27,616 bases of DNA from positions 4,385-32,000 of the forward strand of contig CAZCCB010000009.1 in the NCBI GenBank assembly GCA_964497155.1, written 5' to 3'. Of the stretch, positions 19,873 through 26,470 are shown piece after piece; positions within the stretch are counted from its first letter, which is position 1, and every line of letters begins with the position of its first letter. A program made the position numbers and the translations under genes. This stretch comes from an uncultured Nitrososphaerota archaeon. Its GTDB lineage: Archaea > Thermoproteota > Methanomethylicia > Culexarchaeales > Culexmicrobiaceae. Below the pieces are notes generated by a model. It saw nothing but the letters and a program-made list of their open reading frames with translations, was not told the origin of the DNA and did no database searches.

Positions 19873-20654
19873 AATCATTTCTTCCCTCAATATCTCATCT
19901 CATATTCAATATCTATTTTCAAATAATAATTATTATTACTATAATTTTCATATTATCAATATATTTATTAAATAAACTATTACGTAATAGAAAAACCATC
20001 AACCTTAAAAAATACTTTAATGAATCAATTGAACTAGAAAACTTCTTAACTTTATTCGCTTCCAACTTAAGATTTGGATTAAGCCCAGAACTTTCTCTTC
20101 TCAAATCATGTAACAGTTATTCTGGAACATTGAAAAATAAAATAAAGCAACTAAAAAATTATATATCCTCAGGTCTTAACGTTTTTCAAGTACTTTCTAT
20201 TTTAAGTAAAGAACTTTACTTCGATGAGAATAAGAGAGTGATTTATCTATTTATGAAGATGCTTAATAAAGCCCCCCGTAAGCTAGGTCATGTTGCATAT
20301 GATGTAATTAATAATATTAAGGAGCTGAGAGAATTAAGATTTGAAATTGATACTATGTTTTCAAGAATGAAATTGAGAGTTATTCTTTTATCAATTATTT
20401 CTTCAATAGTCTACGCATTTATGGTTAAGATATCATATTTCTTTTTATTTCAAACAACAATATTTTCTAAAATAAAAATTAATCTCGAAAATTTTCATGT
20501 CTCACTATTCATAGCAACCGCCCTCTTAACTTTCATAAATAGCTATTATATCTCATTAGCAATAGGTATAAGTAGGCCAGTAATAATTTCCATAATTTCT
20601 GAATTACTTTACCTACTAGCATATTTAGTTATCCCGCGAATACCAAGTATTTAA
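19869..20654 (+). CDS. Second polytopic membrane protein, single T2SSF domain (TadC/TadB/FlaJ-like)
   Basis: 261 aa. N-terminal TM helix, a soluble segment (LFASNLRFGLSPELSLLKSCNSYSGTLKNKIKQLKNYISSGLNVFQVLSILSKEL...) and C-terminal TM helices. The TTG start overlaps the upstream stop (ATTGA) and has GAGGGGTG upstream. There is no in-frame ATG in the N-terminal half of the ORF, so a non-ATG start is required. Confidence 0.7.
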   Translation: MKSFLPSISHLIFNIYFQIIIIITIIFILSIYLLNKLLRNRKTINLKKYFNESIELENFLTLFASNLRFGLSPELSLLKSCNSYSGTLKNKIKQLKNYISSGLNVFQVLSILSKELYFDENKRVIYLFMKMLNKAPRKLGHVAYDVINNIKELRELRFEIDTMFSRMKLRVILLSIISSIVYAFMVKISYFFLFQTTIFSKIKINLENFHVSLFIATALLTFINSYYISLAIGISRPVIISIISELLYLLAYLVIPRIPSI

Positions 20655-20660
20655 ATATTT

Positions 20661-20668
20661 TTTATATA
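20661..20668 (+). promoter_or_regulatory. TATA-box-like element (TTTATATA) upstream of the pilin gene
   Basis: Exact match to the archaeal YTTAWATA consensus in the 29-nt gap between the platform gene and the pilin ORF. Only 15 nt separate it from the TTG start, so the geometry is imperfect. This motif can also arise by chance in an AT-rich genome. Confidence 0.3.
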
Positions 20669-20683
20669 AAAAGATAAGGGGCT

Positions 20684-20929
20684 TTGAGAAGGATTCTGAG
20701 GAGAATATTCCTGCTATTAAAGGATAAAAAGGCTTCACCATTACTCGAAGAAGGAATGCTAATAGGACTTGCAATAATGACTCTTACCGTAGTTTTTTCA
20801 ATAATTGTTGGCATTCTCGGAGGAGTGCAAGATATTGTTAAAAACTTAGGTTTTGCCACCGAAGACTTTATGAATGCATTAAATGAGCTATGGACTAAAA
20901 TTATGGCTTTCCTAGGTCTTAGAGGTTAA
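20684..20929 (+). CDS. Flp-like / class III signal peptide prepilin (small type IV pilin)
   Basis: 81 aa. Basic leader MRRILRRIFLLLKDKKA, then SPLLEEGMLIGLAIMTLTVVFSIIVGILGG. This gives a small residue at -1, Glu at +5 and +6, and a hydrophobic helix of about 22 residues. From memory it aligns with the Flp motif G|xxxxEY-GLIAALIAV. It is the last gene of the ATPase/platform cluster. The start codon is uncertain: TTG 20684 or ATT 20693. An ATG at 20756 would remove the leader. Confidence 0.6.
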   Translation: MRRILRRIFLLLKDKKASPLLEEGMLIGLAIMTLTVVFSIIVGILGGVQDIVKNLGFATEDFMNALNELWTKIMAFLGLRG

Positions 20930-21505
20930 GTATGTTAGATATTTCTCAATAATCCCCTCTTTTTCTAATTCTCTAAGCCAGTTAATTCTACCAGGTTTGA
21001 AGTCATGATTTTTTATTGCTTGCATTATTTCCTCAATTATTTCTTCAACATTCTTTCCCGTAGCATTTACTTCTCTTACTAGTTCCTCACTATAAGTATT
21101 GATAGCTTCAATTAAGCATTCATCAAGAATTTCAGCTAATACATTTTCAGCTATTTTTTTCTCAGGCCATCCTCTTTTAATAAGTCTCTTCTCAAGTTCA
21201 AGAGGATGTAATCTAATGACGATTACTTTTTTTACATACTCTTTAGGTACAATATCTGCAAAATGTCCTTCAACAATTACATAGCCCTTATATTTGCTAA
21301 TTATATCCAAAATCTTTTGTATCAACTTATCTACATCTGCTATTAGAGTGAAACTTCTTTTTTCGTCGACTCCAATGTATAACTTTTCTTCTCTCACAAG
21401 TTTAGACAAGTTTACGTGATATGCATTTAATTTTTTACATAGATGCCTTGAGATTGTAGTTTTACCTGTCCCAGGAGTGCCATGGATAACAATTACTTTT
21501 CTCAT
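20912..21505 (-). CDS. fap7: Fap7/AK6-type adenylate kinase (small-subunit rRNA maturation NTPase)
   Basis: MRKVIVIHGTPGTGKTTISRHL (P-loop), ...VIVEGHFADIV..., about 197 aa. Start placed at ATG 21505 rather than GTG 21514. Its 3' end overlaps the pilin ORF by 18 nt (convergent). Confidence 0.85.
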   Translation of the reverse strand: MRKVIVIHGTPGTGKTTISRHLCKKLNAYHVNLSKLVREEKLYIGVDEKRSFTLIADVDKLIQKILDIISKYKGYVIVEGHFADIVPKEYVKKVIVIRLHPLELEKRLIKRGWPEKKIAENVLAEILDECLIEAINTYSEELVREVNATGKNVEEIIEEIMQAIKNHDFKPGRINWLRELEKEGIIEKYLTYLTSKT

Positions 21506-21559
21506 TTTATGCACATTATACCTTTTTATTTAGTTAGATATAACCTTATATGAGAGTAA

Positions 21560-21844
21560 ATGAGTGAAATTAGAAGAATACTTAATCGAATAATATGGCA
21601 CCCTAAGGAAGATCCCAGGAAATACGAAATAGTATTCATTCATAGAGGTGCGCCGAACAACCTAAAAATTATTCCGATGTGGTGCGTAACGAAAATTAAT
21701 CCCGGAAGTTTCGAATATACCCTTGGAAATGAGAGTGCAAGAATACCCTTCCACCGAATAGTTGAAATTAGAGAAAGAATTTCTAAGCGTATAGTTTGGA
21801 GGTCAAGAAGATATGGTTCAACAACCATTTGCAATGATTCCTAA
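21560..21844 (+). CDS. UPF0248 / DUF504 (MJ1316 RNA cyclic-end recognition domain) protein
   Basis: 94 aa. ILNRIIWHPKEDPRKYEIVFIHRGAPNNLKIIP...IPFHRIVEIRE...IVWRSR matches the small archaeal UPF0248 family pattern (NKIKWD...Y.I.Y.HRGAP....IP.HRI..I) as I recall it. Confidence 0.75.
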   Translation: MSEIRRILNRIIWHPKEDPRKYEIVFIHRGAPNNLKIIPMWCVTKINPGSFEYTLGNESARIPFHRIVEIRERISKRIVWRSRRYGSTTICNDS

Positions 21845-22829
21845 AATACCTACTGCCAATGATCTAATTGAAATAGCATATAGAAGAAGTATAAAAGTCT
21901 CTCCTCCTATACCATTTCGGGCTTCACGTATAATAAGGGTTAAAAGATTATCTGAAGCAAGAATAAGAGCTCTAAGTGATATATTATGTAGCAAGTTAAA
22001 TTCAATATATAAGCTATTTCCCTCCTCAAAACTTCTACACCCCTTTTATAAAGCGTTACTTGAAATATTAATCCCACTAAATCAATATGATAATTTAAGA
22101 AGGAAGCTTAGATCATCTGTGAAAATAATTAGAAGAATTTCAAATGAATATATACAAAAAATAAGACGAGCTTCAACTGTTGAAGAAGTTCAGAAGTTAA
22201 GAAAAGAAGCCTATGGAAGGATACTATCGGTTATAAAGAGAATAAAAAAACATTTATATTTGTTAGAAGAAGTAAGAGCGACTCTACATAAAGTTCCTTC
22301 GATAGATCCACAAGAATTAATAATAGTTGTTGCAGGCTATCCAAATGTTGGTAAATCGACATTTGTTAGCAAGATTTCAACAGCAAAACCCAAAATTGCT
22401 GAATATCCATTCACGACAACGGAAATAATAGTTGGACACATAGTTTTAAATAATTTGAGAATACAAATCATAGATACACCAGGGCTTCTTGATAGACCGT
22501 TGTCAGAGAGAAATAATATTGAAAGAATGGCTATTGCAGCAATTCAATATCTAGCTGATTCAATAATATTCATCCTAGACCCCTCAGAAACAAGTGGTTA
22601 TCCACTTAAGGAGCAATTATCATTATTAGAAGAGATAAAAAACACTTTTCCACAAACTCCCATATTGCCAGTATTAAACAAGATAGACGTGGCTTCATTA
22701 AATCAAATATTGCTTTGTGAGAAAGCATTAAACATGAATCTTCTAAAAATGGTTGCAAAAGATGGAAAGGGGGTTCATGAAGTATTATCTTATGCCGTAA
22801 AGTTAGCTCTTAAATCTAAAAGCCCTTAG
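21813..22829 (+). CDS. Nog1-like GTP-binding protein (N-terminal helical NOG1 domain plus GTPase)
   Basis: 338 aa. G1 AGYPNVGKST, G2 YPFTT, G3 DTPGLLDRP, G4 NKID, preceded by a helical region of about 165 aa, as in archaeal Nog1/DRG-like GTPases. The start may instead be ATG 21834 (MIPKIP). Confidence 0.85.
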   Translation: MVQQPFAMIPKIPTANDLIEIAYRRSIKVSPPIPFRASRIIRVKRLSEARIRALSDILCSKLNSIYKLFPSSKLLHPFYKALLEILIPLNQYDNLRRKLRSSVKIIRRISNEYIQKIRRASTVEEVQKLRKEAYGRILSVIKRIKKHLYLLEEVRATLHKVPSIDPQELIIVVAGYPNVGKSTFVSKISTAKPKIAEYPFTTTEIIVGHIVLNNLRIQIIDTPGLLDRPLSERNNIERMAIAAIQYLADSIIFILDPSETSGYPLKEQLSLLEEIKNTFPQTPILPVLNKIDVASLNQILLCEKALNMNLLKMVAKDGKGVHEVLSYAVKLALKSKSP

Positions 22830-22842
22830 TTATTTTGGAAGA

Positions 22843-23946
22843 CTAATAATTAGATAAATCCGTATTAATTAATCCTATCCCTTTTACTCTAATTTTAGCT
22901 CTATTAATCTTGTCTCTTTCAATTTTAAATTTAACGCCAAGTATTTGTTCTACTATCATTATGTTTGTTTCAGCATGGAGTGTCAAATTAGTAATGTATA
23001 TTTCAGAAGTTCCTTCCGCAATGGCCATATATGGGGGTAACATATCTGCTAAATGACTGTCAATTGGAGCTTCTCTCCTTAGTTCCCACATAAGTTTTTC
23101 AGCAGCTTCTCTTCCAACTTCTTCAGCTCTTTTCCCACGCTCTCCCAATGCATCTGCTCCAAGAATAGTATTCATTTTGCTTTTGGCCCATAATACTATT
23201 CCGCTTCCAGGGCCCAGATGATAATCTCTCATTGGTTCATACCATTCTAAAGCTATATCCACATTAGCAAACCCATGTTTTTCCAAATAATTTTTTGCAG
23301 CAGATGCTTGTCTCTCAGCTACATGTTTTGGCAACTTTACACAATGTGAAATACCTTTAATATTGGTTATTTCTCCTCTTTTAATAATCACTATTGAATT
23401 TATTTTTCTAACTGGATTAGCAATTACCTTAACTTTTCCTCCTCCCCTCGGATAATGCCCTCTTCTTAAAACTTGAATTTCAACATTATATCCCATTTTC
23501 CTTAAATATGGTAAGAAAACATTTTTCATATAATCAATTGGTGGGCTCCACTTTACATCAGTCCCACCAGTTATTTCTAATGTTGTTCTTGAAGGTGCAA
23601 AGGCTAGAGCAGGTAAAATAGCTTGTAAAACAAGTGAAATACTTCCTGCTGTGCCCACGTCAACCCTAATGTCTCCTGAAAGCCTTTTTCTTGGCTTAAA
23701 AAGTATTTCGGTTGAACCTATACTTAATCCTTCAACATTCGCTTTAGTTAGCATAGCTAAAATCTTTAACCCCACTAAATGTTGGGGTCTTAATCCTGGG
23801 TTCGATCTTTTCACTCTAATATTATAAACTTTCACGGGCTTTAAACTTAAAGCGGAAAGTGCAATAGCAGTTCTAAGAACTTGTCCCCCTCCTTCACCTA
23901 TAGAACCATCGATTTCAATTATTTCCATCATTCTCATTATTCTCAT
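22843..23946 (-). CDS. rtcA: RNA 3'-terminal phosphate cyclase
   Basis: 367 aa. IEIDGSIGEGGGQVLRTAIALSAL, NPGLRPQHL, GTAGSISLVLQAILPAL, ITGGTDV.WSPP, DSHLADML are RtcA motifs. The true start is probably MEIIEIDG, a few codons downstream. Confidence 0.92.
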   Translation of the reverse strand: MRIMRMMEIIEIDGSIGEGGGQVLRTAIALSALSLKPVKVYNIRVKRSNPGLRPQHLVGLKILAMLTKANVEGLSIGSTEILFKPRKRLSGDIRVDVGTAGSISLVLQAILPALAFAPSRTTLEITGGTDVKWSPPIDYMKNVFLPYLRKMGYNVEIQVLRRGHYPRGGGKVKVIANPVRKINSIVIIKRGEITNIKGISHCVKLPKHVAERQASAAKNYLEKHGFANVDIALEWYEPMRDYHLGPGSGIVLWAKSKMNTILGADALGERGKRAEEVGREAAEKLMWELRREAPIDSHLADMLPPYMAIAEGTSEIYITNLTLHAETNIMIVEQILGVKFKIERDKINRAKIRVKGIGLINTDLSNY

Positions 23947-24014
23947 ACCAACTTATTAATGTAAAGATAAGATAAATAGGGATAACGTTATCACTTACAT
24001 CAGGGGTTATCAAC

Positions 24015-24548
24015 TTGACTAAATGGCGTAGAGGTGCATATATTGGCAAATTTCAACCATTCCATAATGGTCATCTAAAATGTGTAGAATACATCTTGAC
24101 TAAAGTTGATGAATTAATAATAATTTTGGGGAGTGCTCAATATAGCCATAGTTTAAATAATCCATTTACCGCAGGAGAACGTATTGAAATGATAAGATTA
24201 GCCTTAAAAGAAGCAAATATACCTCATGATCGTTACATCATTGTACCTGTACCAGATACTAATGGAGTTCACTCTGAATGGGTTGCAAGAGTTCTAAGTT
24301 ATTCTCCCAAATTCGATGTTGTCTTCTCAAATGAGCCTCTAACTAGACGACTTTTCATCGAAGCTGGATTTAATGTTCAAAATATTCCTTTCTTTAATAG
24401 AACAATTCTATCTGCAACTGAAGTTAGAAGAAGAATGATTGATGATGAAAATTGGGAAGAATTAGTTCCTCCAGCTGTAGCTTCATATATAAAGTCAATA
24501 AAGGGGGTTGAACGCTTAAAATCATTAACTATAAAAGATAAACTATAA
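24015..24548 (+). CDS. nadM: Nicotinamide-nucleotide adenylyltransferase (archaeal NMNAT)
   Basis: 177 aa. RGAYIGKFQPFHNGHL (the (H/T)xGH motif), ILGSAQYSHSLNNPFTAGERIEMI, ISATEVRRRM. Closely parallels the Methanocaldococcus NMNAT pattern. TTG start. Confidence 0.9.
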   Translation: MTKWRRGAYIGKFQPFHNGHLKCVEYILTKVDELIIILGSAQYSHSLNNPFTAGERIEMIRLALKEANIPHDRYIIVPVPDTNGVHSEWVARVLSYSPKFDVVFSNEPLTRRLFIEAGFNVQNIPFFNRTILSATEVRRRMIDDENWEELVPPAVASYIKSIKGVERLKSLTIKDKL

Positions 24549-24559
24549 ACTATGATAAA

Positions 24560-25369
24560 TTAAAATTGCTTAATTTCTACAGTAATTTGGTCACCGATTT
24601 TCGCCCCTAATCTTTTAGAAGCACTTCCCTTATTAATTGCTATTTCAAGTAGATTAAAGCTATCAATCACTGCTAGTAATTCATTTTCCTTTCCTAATCC
24701 ATAAGATCTACGTAATATTATATTTGATTCCTTTCCTTTAAATTTAATCAATAGCTGATCTCCGTATTTTATATTTAGCTTTTTCAGAAGTTCATAAGGA
24801 ATATTAGTAACAACATTACCAAAACCATCAATATAAATAATCTCGCCAATAATTCTCTTTTCATAGATTGCTGGTTCTGGAAAAGGCATCCTAATATAGT
24901 CTTCAATTTTCTCTCCCATTTCTCCAGCATCAACACCAATAGCTAAATATGCAGCTGCTGGTGCAAAGATATCTCTTCCATGAAATGTTGAAGATCTACC
25001 CTTTAACATGTACTTCGGATTCCTTATTTCAATAACCCTAAGTATACCTTCACTATGGGCTGCCAGCATTAAAATGCCATTATCAGGTCCAACAAAAGTA
25101 CTTCTATTAGTCTCAACAATAATTGGTCTTCTCTTCGTTCCAACACCAGGATCAACTACACATAAGTAAATAGTATTCCTAGGAAAATATCTTACTACTG
25201 AAGCTAAAATAAAGGCCCCCTGTTTTACATTAAACTTCTCAACTTCATGCGTTATATCGATTATTTTGACATGTGGAGCTATACTCAATATCACTCCTTT
25301 CATTATTGCTACATAAGGATCTCTTAAACCAAAATCAGTTAAAATCGCTATTATGTCTCTTTTTACCAT
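24560..25369 (-). CDS. DUF62 family SAM hydrolase (S-adenosyl-L-methionine hydroxide adenosyltransferase; chlorinase/fluorinase-like fold)
   Basis: 269 aa. IAILTDFGLRDPYVAIMKGVI, VVDPGVGTKRRPI, FVGPDNGIL, FHGRDIFAPAAAYL, IDGFGNVVTNI are the family signature blocks. Confidence 0.85.
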   Translation of the reverse strand: MVKRDIIAILTDFGLRDPYVAIMKGVILSIAPHVKIIDITHEVEKFNVKQGAFILASVVRYFPRNTIYLCVVDPGVGTKRRPIIVETNRSTFVGPDNGILMLAAHSEGILRVIEIRNPKYMLKGRSSTFHGRDIFAPAAAYLAIGVDAGEMGEKIEDYIRMPFPEPAIYEKRIIGEIIYIDGFGNVVTNIPYELLKKLNIKYGDQLLIKFKGKESNIILRRSYGLGKENELLAVIDSFNLLEIAINKGSASKRLGAKIGDQITVEIKQF

Positions 25370-25509
25370 TATAACACCAAAGTAAATTAATGAATATCCC
25401 TACATAAACATGCCGTAAAGTTTTCACAATATTTTACTCCCAAATAATTTTCACTGAGCGTTAAGTGGACGCGCTAAAAGATTTTCACTATAATTAATTT
25501 GTGGAAATA

Positions 25510-25568
25510 GTGTGTCAGAGCTTTTAACTTTCATCACCATTAAGCGCTCAGCCAGCTCATCATCCACG
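25510..25568 (-). ncRNA. Candidate C/D box sRNA (2'-O-methylation guide)
   Basis: The minus strand reads GCGTGG-ATGATGA(C)-GCTGGCTGAGCG(12 nt)-CTTA(degenerate D')-ATG-GTGATGA(C')-AAGTTAAAAGCT(12 nt)-CTGA(D)-CACAC. Box order and the 12-nt guide spacing fit the archaeal C/D architecture exactly (49-nt core, 25515-25563). A TATA-like TTTATAAAA lies about 25 nt upstream on the same strand. The element is intergenic. Confidence 0.55.
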
Positions 25569-25570
25569 CA

Positions 25571-25600
25571 AAATAAATATTTCACTTTTATAAATTAAAT
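25571..25600. promoter_or_regulatory. AT-rich TATA-like region probably serving divergent transcription (sRNA on the minus strand, phosphoesterase gene on the plus strand)
   Basis: aaataaatatttcacttttataaattaaat contains the near-palindromic TTTTATAAA (25586-25594). It lies 16-24 nt upstream of the ATG at 25610 and about 23-30 nt upstream of the C box on the other strand. Confidence 0.3.
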
Positions 25601-25609
25601 TTTCGAGCC

Positions 25610-26179
25610 ATGAAATTCCTGGTAATAGGAGATTTTCACATACCAACTAGAGCTAAGAAGATACCCTCTCAATTCCTATCTCTAATTAATGAGGAGCAAA
25701 TTAATGTAATATTATGTACTGGAGACTTTGTAGAAGAAAGAGTATTGAATGAATTAGAAAGTATTGCTCAAACAGTATGGGTAATTGGTAACATGGATTT
25801 CTTCGCTTCATCTCCAACTAAGCGCAAATTAAGGATAGGTAATTATTCTATTGGGCTTATTCATGGTCACCAAATATATCCGAGAGGTGATAAATACAAA
25901 TTATTTAAGATAGCATCACAAATGGATGTTAATATATTAATTTCTGGCCATACACATGTACCCTCTATAACCATATTTAAAAATGTTCTATTATTAAATC
26001 CTGGAAGCGCCACTGGATGCTGGAGTGGAAGTGGTGGGTCATTAATTCCAAGTTTAATGATATTAAAAATAGAGAATAGCGATCTATTAATATCACTCTA
26101 TGAACTGAAAAATAATAAACTTCATAAACTTTCTAGAAGCTTCAAATTACTTAACAATACAATTAACGAACTTAACTAG
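25610..26179 (+). CDS. MJ0936/YfcE-family metallophosphoesterase (Vps29-like fold)
   Basis: 189 aa. MKFLVIGDFHIP, CTGDF, GNMD, LIHGH, ISGHTHVP, LLNPGSATG are the calcineurin-like phosphoesterase motifs in the order typical of the MJ0936 subfamily. Confidence 0.85.
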   Translation: MKFLVIGDFHIPTRAKKIPSQFLSLINEEQINVILCTGDFVEERVLNELESIAQTVWVIGNMDFFASSPTKRKLRIGNYSIGLIHGHQIYPRGDKYKLFKIASQMDVNILISGHTHVPSITIFKNVLLLNPGSATGCWSGSGGSLIPSLMILKIENSDLLISLYELKNNKLHKLSRSFKLLNNTINELN

Positions 26180-26399
26180 CCTCCTCTCTTAATATTTCAT
26201 TCCAAAGTTCAAGTATTGAGAGAGCAGTTTTTTCATCTATTTTTTGAATAGCAAATCCAGCATGAACCATTACGTAATCTCCAGGTTTTAATTCTTCTTC
26301 AATAAGCGAAATTATAATATCTCTTTTAACTCCTCCAAAATCAACTTTTGCTACATCCCCATTAATCGAAATAATTTTCGCTGGAACTGCTAAGCACAT
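26172..26399 (-). CDS. hypC: HypC/HupF-type hydrogenase maturation chaperone
   Basis: Start placed at MCLAVPAKII, because the invariant N-terminal Met-Cys-Leu-[AG]-[IV]-P is diagnostic of HypC. 75 aa. ...GDYVMVHAGFAI... fits the family. Confidence 0.85.
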   Translation of the reverse strand: MCLAVPAKIISINGDVAKVDFGGVKRDIIISLIEEELKPGDYVMVHAGFAIQKIDEKTALSILELWNEILREEAS

Positions 26400-26470
26400 T
26401 TTTATCATAATTAGGAACCAAAAAGATTAATTTAACTCTTACGTTAATTTTTGACACGCAAGGTGATATC

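Noticed and set aside
20662-20859. 65-aa minus-strand ORF antisense to the pilin gene
   Set aside because: The plus-strand frame gives a coherent class III/Flp-like prepilin positioned at the end of the ATPase/platform cluster. The antisense frame has no signal peptide logic and would begin inside the pilin.
23981-23992. Perfect 12-nt palindrome GATAACGTTATC, with a further GTTATC at 24006-24011, in the rtcA/NMNAT divergent spacer
   Set aside because: It is a plausible operator, but 6+6 palindromes are expected about ten times by chance in about 27 kb of AT-rich DNA by a rough estimate. There is no supporting evidence, so I do not call it.
25449-25552. H/ACA sRNA or riboswitch interpretation of the long hairpin in the 25.4-25.6 kb spacer
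   Set aside because: No ACA box follows the closing stem at the expected distance on either strand, and I recognise no riboswitch core. The C/D box reading of the minus strand explains the conserved-looking boxes better.
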